A stretch of DNA of 64,000 bases, taken from positions 13,463 to 77,462 of the forward strand of contig MGKD01000013.1 in assembly GCA_001794605.1 (NCBI GenBank). Direction: 5' to 3'. The stretch is from Candidatus Yanofskybacteria bacterium RIFCSPHIGHO2_12_FULL_45_19b (GTDB lineage Bacteria > Patescibacteriota > Minisyncoccia > 2-02-FULL-40-12 > IGHO2-12-FULL-4). Shown here piece by piece: positions 1 through 7,443 of the stretch (positions are counted from its first letter, which is position 1; each line of letters starts with the position of its first letter). The position numbers and the translations under genes are program-made. The notes under the pieces were generated by a model. That model was not told where the DNA came from. It ran no database searches and saw nothing but the letters and a program-made list of their open reading frames with translations.

Positions 1-1804
1 TGCTAGAACGACTGATTTGACGATTGATAGCAATACTTTTGATTATACTGGCTACGCTAATGGTAGTGGTTCGGAGGCAATTAGTGTGCGTTATGCTAGT
101 CATGTGGTGGTAACCAATAACATCCTGACTGGGTCGGCCAGCGCCACGACCTATGAGGCGGGTATTACATTAGCTTCGGTAAATTCTACTGGTGGTCAAA
201 GCGTAATTAGCGGAAACACGGTGGACGGTTTCAGTCGTGGTATCCGTATTCAGCGTTGGGCGTCTGGCGATGGTAATTCTGATGATATAGAGATAACCAA
301 CAACGCAGTAACCGATGGCGTTGTTCTGACGGGTAGTGAAAGTAGTACTGGTGTTGGCTTATTTCTTGCTGGTGTAACCAATCTTTTCGTGGATGAAAAT
401 ACTGTTACTGGTCATACTAATGCCGGTGTGTATATCCCAGCCACTGTTTCGGATGGCGGGGCTAACACCATCACCAATATGATAATTGGTGGTTCAACGG
501 CTAGCTTCAATGACTTTTCTAGCAATACCGACGGAATGGACAACTTCACAACCACAACTGCTAGTGCGCAATATAACTGGTGGGGAAGCTCGACTGGGCC
601 GAACCACTCGCCGGAAAATATTCCTGGAGTAGGCAGTTCTGTTTCTGATTATGTGGACTACAGCCCGTGGTGTACAAATAGTAGCTGTACAACTTTCGGT
701 TCCAGCGACCCGATAGATCATTTTGATATTGATCCGTCAGCTGGTTCGGCAATTGTCAATGTGTTGATTACCCTCACCGTAACCGCTAAAGATTCCGCGG
801 ACATTACTCGGGTTAATGATACCAGTGTAGTTTCGATGGCGGCTGACCATGGTGCATCATTGGGAACCCTACTCCTAACCTTGATAAGTGGGACCAGGGA
901 TACCACTGTGACAAATTCTGTGACGGGAACAGTTAATGTTTCTGGTATTAAAGTGGGCGGTTCAGCCACCGGCTCAACTTCTGTATCGTTTACCAGCAGT
1001 GATCCTGACGCGCCTACGATTATCAGCCACTCTCCAGCGGATGATGCAACCGATGTTGCCGTTACTACTGTGCCATACATTACCTTTTCCGAGGCACTCA
1101 AAGCCAGCACAGTTAACTCCACCAACATCCAACTAAAGAAATACAGCGACAACTCCAATGTTTCTGCCACGGTATCGTTAGTAGAAGGTGGCACCCGAGT
1201 CAACATTACGCCAGACAGCTCCTTGGCCAACAATACCCAATACTACTTTGCTGTTTCAACTAGCGTGCAGGATGAGGCCGGTAATGCTTTGGTGACCGCG
1301 CTGGATGTTGGTAGTAGAGATAGCCATGAATTCACCACTGTGGCCATTGAACCAGTGGTGGTGGACGAGATCGTGGCCGAGTCCAGCACTGCTACCGCCG
1401 ACGACACTTACATCAACGGCTGGCACTACATTTACCGCATCACTGTGAATACTGACGAAACCGATCTTTCGGTTAAGTTTACTGATTGGGATAACGCCGA
1501 CACGACGGACACCATCGCCGCCAATGGCAATATGCGAGTATTGTTCAATAGTGTTACCGCCAATGGGTTAGGTGCGGTGGTCGGTTTGACCGATTCTGAC
1601 ATTGAGGACGGTTTTGGTGATGTGGATTCATACGCAATTGGGAATGATTATACCGACCAATCTCCAAGCGTAATTGATATTTCCGGCCTGGATACTAGTA
1701 GTGTGCGTGATGGCCGGCAGGTTCAGTTTGATGTCTATACTAAACTGCCAGTAACCACTGTACCGGGTTTTTACACCACTACCTATGGTATTCAGGTTAA
1801 TTAA
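1..1804 (+). CDS. cell-surface protein, 5'-partial: parallel beta-helix-like repeats followed by Ig-like beta-sandwich domains
   Basis: Frame is open to the window edge, so the TTG at 17 is internal. N-terminal half has repeated NN..TG/GxxxxGIxI beta-helix-type repeats. C-terminal half is Thr/Ser/Val-rich Ig-like segments. Confidence 0.5.
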   Translation, partial: ARTTDLTIDSNTFDYTGYANGSGSEAISVRYASHVVVTNNILTGSASATTYEAGITLASVNSTGGQSVISGNTVDGFSRGIRIQRWASGDGNSDDIEITNNAVTDGVVLTGSESSTGVGLFLAGVTNLFVDENTVTGHTNAGVYIPATVSDGGANTITNMIIGGSTASFNDFSSNTDGMDNFTTTTASAQYNWWGSSTGPNHSPENIPGVGSSVSDYVDYSPWCTNSSCTTFGSSDPIDHFDIDPSAGSAIVNVLITLTVTAKDSADITRVNDTSVVSMAADHGASLGTLLLTLISGTRDTTVTNSVTGTVNVSGIKVGGSATGSTSVSFTSSDPDAPTIISHSPADDATDVAVTTVPYITFSEALKASTVNSTNIQLKKYSDNSNVSATVSLVEGGTRVNITPDSSLANNTQYYFAVSTSVQDEAGNALVTALDVGSRDSHEFTTVAIEPVVVDEIVAESSTATADDTYINGWHYIYRITVNTDETDLSVKFTDWDNADTTDTIAANGNMRVLFNSVTANGLGAVVGLTDSDIEDGFGDVDSYAIGNDYTDQSPSVIDISGLDTSSVRDGRQVQFDVYTKLPVTTVPGFYTTTYGIQVN

Positions 1805-1812
1805 CTTCATCC

Positions 1813-2469
1813 ATGACTAATAATAAAAAAATTAATTTCTGGGTGATCTTACTACTACTGTTGGCCTGGCCGGTTAGTGCTTCGGAGGTCACCGGTGGAC
1901 TTAGTAATCAGGGAGTAGTGCCAATCCTCCCTAGTGGAGTAGTCGCCACCAAGACTGGTGATCAACAAATCACCATCAGTTGGAATGCGGTGGTCGGCGT
2001 AGATGGTTATCGGATTTATCAAAAAAAAGACAGTGCTGATTTTCAGCTGTTGGTTGATAATCTGACCAACCTCCAGTATGTCAACTCAAGCTTAGCTAAT
2101 GGTAATTACAGTTATCGGGTGCAGTCATTTAAAGGGAGTTTAAGTCCGAGTGTAGATAATACTGCTCCTACCGCACCCATTACTATCAATTTTGTTGTTT
2201 CTACTCCGACTCCCACCCCAACACCGTCGGGTGGCGGTGGTGGAGGTGGCGGGGGGGGCGGCTCAGTATCTACACCCACTCCCACTCCCACAGGCACGCC
2301 TACATTGAATCAAGGTAATTCCAATGGGGACGGTAAAGTAGATGTGTTAGACTTCAATACCTTGGTTACTAATTGGGGAGCCACTGGTAGTGGTAATTCG
2401 GCAGACTTTAACAGTGATGGTACGGTTGATATTTTAGACTTCAACATCCTAATGAATAATTGGAGTTAA
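1813..2469 (+). CDS. secreted FN3-like domain protein with Pro/Thr-Gly11 linker and C-terminal type-I dockerin (two Ca-binding repeats)
   Basis: Signal peptide MTNNKKINFWVILLLLLAWPVSA. FN3-like ITISWNAVVGVDGYRIYQK. Dockerin repeats NGDGKVDVLDFNTLVTNW and NSDGTVDILDFNILMNNW. Confidence 0.75.
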   Translation: MTNNKKINFWVILLLLLAWPVSASEVTGGLSNQGVVPILPSGVVATKTGDQQITISWNAVVGVDGYRIYQKKDSADFQLLVDNLTNLQYVNSSLANGNYSYRVQSFKGSLSPSVDNTAPTAPITINFVVSTPTPTPTPSGGGGGGGGGGGSVSTPTPTPTGTPTLNQGNSNGDGKVDVLDFNTLVTNWGATGSGNSADFNSDGTVDILDFNILMNNWS

Positions 2470-2480
2470 TAAATCTAAAT

Positions 2481-3242
2481 ATGATGAAAAAAACTATTCT
2501 CGCAATTATTACTGTCGTTGGTTTTGGTCTATCCGCTGGGCCAGCGCTGGCCGCTACGCTTACGCTGTCGCCAACTAGTATTACCGTGAAGGCCGGGCAG
2601 TCTTTTACTGTAGCAGTTATGGTTGATCCACAAGGCGGGAAAGATTCAACTATCAAGACTGTACTGAGTTTCCCCGCTGATATGCTAAGTGTGCAGGCTT
2701 TCACGCAAAACACTGGCTGGTTGTCACTCACTCAACCTGGCTATGATCTAACAGATAATACCAATGGTAAGTTAGTTAAAACGGCTGGCTTCCCGGGTGG
2801 TATTACTAATACTACTACCTTCGGTACAGTGAACTTTTTGGCTAAAAAAAGTGGTAGTGCCAATATCCAAGTAACCGCTGAATCATTGGTTTATGACAAT
2901 ACCAATAAAAATGTTTTAGGATCGGTACTTGGCCAAACCGTGGTAACAATTAATCCGGCGGCTACTCCAACTCCGACCGTCACTAAAGCAGTTACACCAG
3001 CACCAACCAAGGTTGGTGGGCAGGTAACCGCTAGCCCGACGCCAACCGTATCGGAGGAGGCAGGCGTGTTAACCCCCACCCCCACTCCAGATACGCTAAG
3101 CGATAGTACTACGGCGCGTTTGGGTGCGGCGTTAACGCTGGGTACCAACAAGTGGCCAGTAGCAGTTTTGGTACTTGCCATTTTAGCTGGGTTGCTGGCT
3201 TGGTTAATCTGGGGCCTGCGCCGACGCAAAAACAACCTATAG
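2481..3242 (+). CDS. membrane-anchored cohesin-like domain protein (PT-rich linker, C-terminal TM helix and RRRKNN stop-transfer)
   Basis: ATG at 2481 with signal peptide MMKKTILAIITVVGFGLSAGPALA. Cohesin-like beta-sandwich pattern (ITVKAGQSFTVAVMV...LSFPADMLSV...GTVNFLAKKSGSANIQV). PTPTP linker. C-terminal hydrophobic helix followed by RRRK. Confidence 0.6.
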   Translation: MMKKTILAIITVVGFGLSAGPALAATLTLSPTSITVKAGQSFTVAVMVDPQGGKDSTIKTVLSFPADMLSVQAFTQNTGWLSLTQPGYDLTDNTNGKLVKTAGFPGGITNTTTFGTVNFLAKKSGSANIQVTAESLVYDNTNKNVLGSVLGQTVVTINPAATPTPTVTKAVTPAPTKVGGQVTASPTPTVSEEAGVLTPTPTPDTLSDSTTARLGAALTLGTNKWPVAVLVLAILAGLLAWLIWGLRRRKNNL

Positions 3243-3262
3243 TCTAAAGCAAAATAACCCAA

Positions 3263-3287
3263 AACCTTGAGGTTTAACCTCAGGGTT
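3263..3287. repeat. REP-like imperfect palindrome (degenerate copy of the RAYT-associated hairpin)
   Basis: aaccttgaggtt-t-aacctcagggtt; one mismatch in the stem. Same core as the 4694 and 5380 copies. Confidence 0.6.
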
Positions 3288-3380
3288 AGTAACCCGTCCC
3301 CCACTTTTGCCCTCCTACGCGAAGAGAATATGCTTCGGGGGGTATACAAAAAGTAGGGGACGAGTGTTATCATTTAGTTC

Positions 3381-3701
3381 ATGATTAACTATGAACAATT
3401 TAGCCAGACTGAACTACAAGTAGCAGAAGTTAAAACTGCTGAACGGGTGACTGGTTCAGACAAATTACTGAAATTAATGATTAGTTTGGGTGAGGAGGAG
3501 CGCCAGATTATCGCTGGTATCGGCAAAGCCTACGAACCAGAAAGTTTGATTGGCAAACAGATTATTATCGTTGCCAATCTGGAACCACGCCAACTGATGG
3601 GCTTAGAAAGCCAGGGCATGTTGCTAGCGGCTGACTCCGAAGCTGGTCCGGTGCTTTTGATGCCAGACAAACCAGTCTCTCCTGGTAGTAAAATTAAATG
3701 A
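3381..3701 (+). CDS. csaA: tRNA-binding protein (CsaA/Trbp111-like OB-fold, MetRS C-terminal-like)
   Basis: LQVAEVKTAERVTGSDKLLKLMISLGEEERQIIAGIGKAYEPESLIGKQIIIVANLEPRQLMG matches the tRNA-binding EMAP/CsaA domain. Confidence 0.8.
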   Translation: MINYEQFSQTELQVAEVKTAERVTGSDKLLKLMISLGEEERQIIAGIGKAYEPESLIGKQIIIVANLEPRQLMGLESQGMLLAADSEAGPVLLMPDKPVSPGSKIK

Positions 3702-4684
3702 AGCGAGTTATTTTAATTGTTCTGATTTGTCTAGCTATTGCAGCTGGAGGGTTTTTGCTCTTTACTCATCAAGACTTTTCTTTTAAGGGTGGAGAGGGAT
3801 TTTCAATTTTTTCTACCCCGACCCCGATGAACACTATCCTAATTTTTACTGGTGATATTATGCTGGGTCGGAGTGTGGAGATTAAATTAAATAAATATGG
3901 TGCTGGTGATTATTTCTTTCCCTTTGCGCGCATCAGCGAGTGGTTAAATTCGGCGGATTTAACTTTTGCTAATTTAGAGGGACCAGTCTCGGACCGGGGC
4001 ATAAAAGTGGGCAGTATCTACTCTTTTCGCTTCAATCCGTTAGTGACAAAAGCTTTAAAAAAGGCCGGTTTTGATGTGGTTTCCTTGGCCAATAACCATA
4101 TTTGGGACTATGGTCCACAGGCTTTTTTAGACACTCTGGATAATTTAAAAACTGGTGGAATTGATTATGTCGGCGCCGGTAAAAATTTCACTGAGGCGCA
4201 TGGCGGCCTAACCAAAGAAATCAACGGTACTCGGATAACTTTCTTAGCTTATACCCCGCTGTTAGCAAAAAGTTTGAATGCTACGGCTGACCATTTTGGT
4301 ATTAATGTTTTAGATTTAGACCAGATGGACTTGGATATTAAATCTGCCAAAGCGTGCAGTGATTTAGTGGTGGTGTCGTTTCATTTTGGCGAAGAGTACA
4401 AACCTAAGCATAATCAATTTCAAGAAACCGTCGCCTATCGCGCCGTTGATGCCGGAGCAGATTTAATTATCGGTCACCATCCGCACGTGGCAGAGGATTT
4501 GGAACAATACCAAGGCAAATGGATTGCCTACAGCCTGGGAAATTTTATTTTTGATCAATACTTTTCTCCCGAAACCATGCAAGGGTTGGTTTTGCGAGTA
4601 ACATTAAGTGGCAAAACTATCTCCAAAGTAGAACCACTCACTGTGCAACTAAATAGCAACTTCCAACCAGCCTTGATCGACTAA
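3698..4684 (+). CDS. CapA-family (PGA_cap) metallophosphatase-like capsule/poly-gamma-glutamate synthesis protein
   Basis: N-terminal TM. GDIMLGR motif, NNH and HHPH metal-binding motifs. Start overlaps the upstream gene by 4 nt. Confidence 0.7.
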   Translation: MKRVILIVLICLAIAAGGFLLFTHQDFSFKGGEGFSIFSTPTPMNTILIFTGDIMLGRSVEIKLNKYGAGDYFFPFARISEWLNSADLTFANLEGPVSDRGIKVGSIYSFRFNPLVTKALKKAGFDVVSLANNHIWDYGPQAFLDTLDNLKTGGIDYVGAGKNFTEAHGGLTKEINGTRITFLAYTPLLAKSLNATADHFGINVLDLDQMDLDIKSAKACSDLVVVSFHFGEEYKPKHNQFQETVAYRAVDAGADLIIGHHPHVAEDLEQYQGKWIAYSLGNFIFDQYFSPETMQGLVLRVTLSGKTISKVEPLTVQLNSNFQPALID

Positions 4685-4693
4685 AAAAAGCGC

Positions 4694-4722
4694 CCTACCT
4701 TGAGGTTTAACCTCAAGGTAGG
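4694..4722. repeat. REP hairpin (14-bp perfect stem, 1-nt loop) cctaccttgaggtt-t-aacctcaaggtagg; contains GTAG
   Basis: Read directly. The reverse complement of the left arm equals the right arm. Confidence 0.85.
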
Positions 4723-4734
4723 TATACTTCTGAT

Positions 4735-5394
4735 ATGGCTAATCGAAAAATTAGTTTTATCAACGATAACTATTATCATATTTATAACCGTGGTATTGAT
4801 AAGCGGATTATCTTTGAGAATGACCACGATTTTAAAAGATTTCAAGAAAGTCTACGGCTATTCAATTCTCCTAATAGTATCTGGCTAGCTGATGCTAACC
4901 AGAAAACTGAGGTTAAACCTCAAGACCGTCTGGTAGATATAGTGTGCTACTGTCTAATGCCCAATCATTTCCATCTTTTACTTAAGCAACGAGTTGATAG
5001 TGGTATCCCAAATTTCATGCGAAAATTGGGCACTGGGTATTCGTTATATTTTAATATGCGCAAAGAACGAAGTGGTAGTTTATTTCAAGGTACCTACAAA
5101 GCCAAGCTAGTGACAGATGATAATTACCTGACTCATCTTTCTAGATATATTCACATGAATCCGGTTGAGCTGGTAGATAGTAATTGGAAAGTGGCCGGTA
5201 TAAAAAACAAAAGAACGGCATTTGATTTTCTCGATAAGTTTCAGTGGTCAAGTTATCCTGATTTTATATCAGAAGTCAGTGGCAAGATAATTAGTAGAAG
5301 TATTTTGCATGAAATGTTTACGCCCAGTAGCTACAAGAAATTCATCGAGAGCTGGCTAATTAAAGATTTAGAGCAAATTGCCCAACTACCTTGA
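4735..5394 (+). CDS. REP-associated tyrosine transposase (IS200/IS605-like Y1 HUH transposase, RAYT)
   Basis: HUH motif MPNHFHLLL. Candidate catalytic Tyr in LFQGTYKA. C-terminal YIHMNPVELV...WSSY signature of the transposase IS200-like family. Confidence 0.75.
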   Translation: MANRKISFINDNYYHIYNRGIDKRIIFENDHDFKRFQESLRLFNSPNSIWLADANQKTEVKPQDRLVDIVCYCLMPNHFHLLLKQRVDSGIPNFMRKLGTGYSLYFNMRKERSGSLFQGTYKAKLVTDDNYLTHLSRYIHMNPVELVDSNWKVAGIKNKRTAFDFLDKFQWSSYPDFISEVSGKIISRSILHEMFTPSSYKKFIESWLIKDLEQIAQLP

Positions 5395-5418
5395 GGTTAA
5401 ACCTCAAGGTAGTTGGGC
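5380..5418. repeat. REP hairpin (19-bp perfect stem, 1-nt loop) gcccaactaccttgaggtt-a-aacctcaaggtagttgggc
   Basis: Read directly. Shares the ctaccttgaggtt core with the 4694 copy. Confidence 0.85.
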
Positions 5419-5420
5419 AG

Positions 5421-5524
5421 AATGGTTTTGGAGGTAACATTGGGCAGTGAAAACCATAACTAAGGTTGAGCCATTTACCGTGCGACTGAATGGCGATTTT
5501 CAACCAGCAGCTCTGGCCAACTAG
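5421..5524 (+). pseudogene. remnant duplicate of the CapA 3' end (frameshifted), ending ...VKTITKVEPFTVRLNGDFQPAALAN*
   Basis: Nucleotide and protein similarity to 4580-4684 (GKTISKVEPLTVQLNSNFQPALID*). One-nt indel upstream. Lies immediately after the right REP. Confidence 0.55.
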
Positions 5525-5617
5525 AGTGGCTTGTGATATACTACTTTTACCCCTGGACCAAGCTCGGTCATGGAAGGGGGTGTACGAGCAACCTTTTGAA
5601 TCATGAGGGTTAGTTAA

Positions 5618-5971
5618 ATGACGATTGGAATGGCGAGAATTGCTGTGGTTGAACTGCCGGCGAATCCAAGAAACAAGGGCACGGAGTTTATCAACAAGCC
5701 CATCAACGAGTTGACCTCGGAGGTCGTCGAACTCATGATGAGGTTGGGGTGTCGAACCCCCTTGGAGTTGGTCGATAAGGCCGTGGAGTCGAAGGTGGCT
5801 TCGTTGGCCGCGGTCAACTCTCTCAAGAGCAGTGTGGAGTCGCTCCACCCATTCAATCTTGTTGTAAGAGTTCTTCCGGAACTCCGCGAGGAGATTGAGG
5901 GCAGAGTTCTTCGTCTGCGTTCACAGCAGATCAGGGCGAGCCATGGAGCCCACCCGGTGCGGAGGGTGTAG
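5618..5971 (+). CDS. hypothetical protein, GC3-rich orphan ORF (foreign codon usage)
   Basis: 117-aa ORF with strongly G/C-ending codons, unlike the A/T-ending codons of neighbours. TGaTATACT extended -10-like box at 5534-5542. Strong terminator downstream. Confidence 0.35.
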   Translation: MTIGMARIAVVELPANPRNKGTEFINKPINELTSEVVELMMRLGCRTPLELVDKAVESKVASLAAVNSLKSSVESLHPFNLVVRVLPELREEIEGRVLRLRSQQIRASHGAHPVRRV

Positions 5972-6068
5972 ATATCCCATTCTCTCTGTTCAAAAGCATC
6001 AGCCTATCGTGCAGTTCTTTTTTATTATCTCTCGGTCTGAGAATTGGGCGGCTTAAACCCGCCTAGTC

Positions 6069-6104
6069 GACCGCCCTAGATGTAAGGGCGGTCTTTATTT
6101 TTTT
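6069..6104 (+). terminator. rho-independent terminator gaccgccct-agatgta-agggcggtc + TTTATTTTTTT
   Basis: 9-bp GC-rich stem, 7-nt loop, T-tract. Confidence 0.75.
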
Positions 6105-6133
6105 ATGGTTATTTGTTAAGTAAGGTCTTATCT

Positions 6134-6694
6134 ATGCAGGAAGATCTAGATTTAGCAAAAATCACCCTGGATGCTTTTCACTCGATTGTCTATTTATCTT
6201 TTCTCGTTAAAGACAGTGGTTTGCGTGAGCGGCTAATTGCTAGAGCGAAACCACTGCTAGATCGTCCGGGGCGATCGGAATTTGAGCGAGTTAAAATGCT
6301 AGAGCAAACCGTCGCTTGCCTCCTCGATTATTTGGAACTCCTGGTCTATCTAAAGTCTGCTCCGCTAGGGGGTTTGCTGGAGACCCAAAAACAGGTACTG
6401 AAATTAAAATTGATTATTGTTAGCAAGGAGAAGAATGCTCATCCTAAAAAAGTTTCTAAACCAGAAGAGGTTCAAATTGAAACTGAAAAAGGAAATGACC
6501 AAATTTTGGATGAAAAAATTATTGAACTAGTTAAGACCAGAGATGGTTGTAACTTTAAGGATATTTCTGGCGAGCTAGGTGGGGAGTATTCCAAACGGAC
6601 TTTGATCCGTTATATCAACAAACTATTGGCGCGCGGTTTAATCAAGAAAAAGCTGGGGCTGGATACGAGGTTTCCTAGCTATACGGTTGAGTGA
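6134..6694 (+). CDS. putative DNA-binding protein with C-terminal winged-helix HTH
   Basis: C-terminus NFKDISGELGGEYSKRTLIRYINKLLARGLIKKK is wHTH-like. N-terminus is alpha-helical. Start ambiguous between TTG 6113 and ATG 6134. Confidence 0.45.
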   Translation: MQEDLDLAKITLDAFHSIVYLSFLVKDSGLRERLIARAKPLLDRPGRSEFERVKMLEQTVACLLDYLELLVYLKSAPLGGLLETQKQVLKLKLIIVSKEKNAHPKKVSKPEEVQIETEKGNDQILDEKIIELVKTRDGCNFKDISGELGGEYSKRTLIRYINKLLARGLIKKKLGLDTRFPSYTVE

Positions 6695-6741
6695 TGGTGC
6701 CAGGCATGGTGCCAGCTAGCTGGCACCATGCCTGGCACCAT
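6694..6741. repeat. 48-bp perfect palindrome atggtgccaggcatggtgccagcta|gctggcaccatgcctggcaccat
   Basis: The reverse complement of the left half equals the right half. Begins at the stop codon of the wHTH gene. Confidence 0.9.
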
Positions 6742-6833
6742 GAAGTTGTGCTTATTTAAATAGGACATTCATGGTGCCAGCTAAATCTGTTGCTGAATCT
6801 GGCTTTACGCTTGGCACCATGCTTGGCACCATG
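6694..6833. promoter_or_regulatory. array of seven copies of the 10-mer core GGCACCATG/CATGGTGCC in both orientations (iteron/operator-like)
   Basis: Copies at 6694, 6705, 6720, 6732, 6770, 6811 and 6823. The last two are tandem ttggcaccatg. Confidence 0.5.
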
Positions 6834-7067
6834 AAGACCGTGTGGTTTTCATTTTTCTGACATAATTTTACGGTGCTATCCGTCAGCCACTGGATGGGGA
6901 AATATTGCCCCAAGAGTTTTTGTGAAAGATGAAAAAGTCTTAATTTAAGGCGGTTATCCACAATTGGCTATTGTCGGTGCGGGTGAATAAAATTATAATG
7001 GTTTTAACGGTTGTTAGTAATCCGTTTTGTTCCTTGTTGGTAAAGGATTCCTTATTTCTCTGATGGT

Positions 7068-7095
7068 TTGACAAAAGGCCTATTTTTGTTAATAT
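7068..7095 (+). promoter_or_regulatory. sigma70-like promoter TTGACA-N16-TAATAT upstream of the S-layer-like gene
   Basis: ttgaca at 7068-7073, taatat at 7090-7095. Roughly 350-nt leader before the ATG at 7444. Confidence 0.45.
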
Positions 7096-7443
7096 CACCA
7101 GAGCGTCTAAGGACTATTATCAGTTAGTAAATGCGGGCTAAAAAGGTGCGTAAAAAGCCACTATTTACGAGCTTGTAATAGGAATCTATCCGAGGCGAGC
7201 TTGGACCTTGAAAACTCAATAAAACGGTTGCTATATATTGTAAGTAAAATAAGAGGTCAAACTAAGCAATAATAATGAGCTCCATCGCTCGTTCTAAATT
7301 TTTTTGCTCGGTCGATAAAACAGAGCGAATTCCCTTTTTGAGGGTGAGGAACAAGTGAGTGGTGGTTCAATAAGTTAAACCGTTCTGGCTAGTTGGGTGG
7401 TCGCAAGACAAACCAAATTTATCCAGAACACAAATATCAATCT

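Larger units (their letters stand above)
4694..5418 (+). mobile_element. RAYT unit: tyrosine HUH transposase gene bounded by two perfect REP hairpins
   Basis: Perfect palindromes at 4694-4722 and 5380-5418 flank ORF 4735-5394. A third copy lies inside the ORF at 4908-4923. Confidence 0.65.

Noticed and set aside
494-1233. Several antisense/alternate-frame ORFs inside the first surface-protein gene (494-721-, 561-752-, 718-1233-, 936-1136+)
   Set aside because: They lie fully inside a long ORF with a clear domain structure. Their low-complexity compositions are typical of shadow ORFs.
2112-2297. 61-aa minus-strand ORF rich in poly-Pro
   Set aside because: Antisense shadow of the poly-Gly/PT linker of the dockerin gene.
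5525-6104. Possible tmRNA, RNase P RNA or SRP RNA in the GC-rich segment
   Set aside because: None of the signatures were found: the tmRNA 5' GGGG...TTCGAC with a tRNA-like 3' CCA end, the RNase P conserved motifs, or the SRP domain IV motif. The coherent GC3 bias in one frame favours a coding sequence.
6811-6833. TGGCAC-N5-TTGGCA resembling a sigma-54 (-24/-12) promoter
   Set aside because: The -12 element is TTGG rather than TTGC, and the match is generated by tandem copies of the 10-mer iteron. No sigma-54 system is evident, so it is better explained as part of the repeat array.
6752-6961. 69-aa minus-strand ORF (MVPSMVPSVKPDS...)
   Set aside because: Its repetitive peptide is simply the translation of the GGCACCATG iterons. 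No RBS or coding signal.
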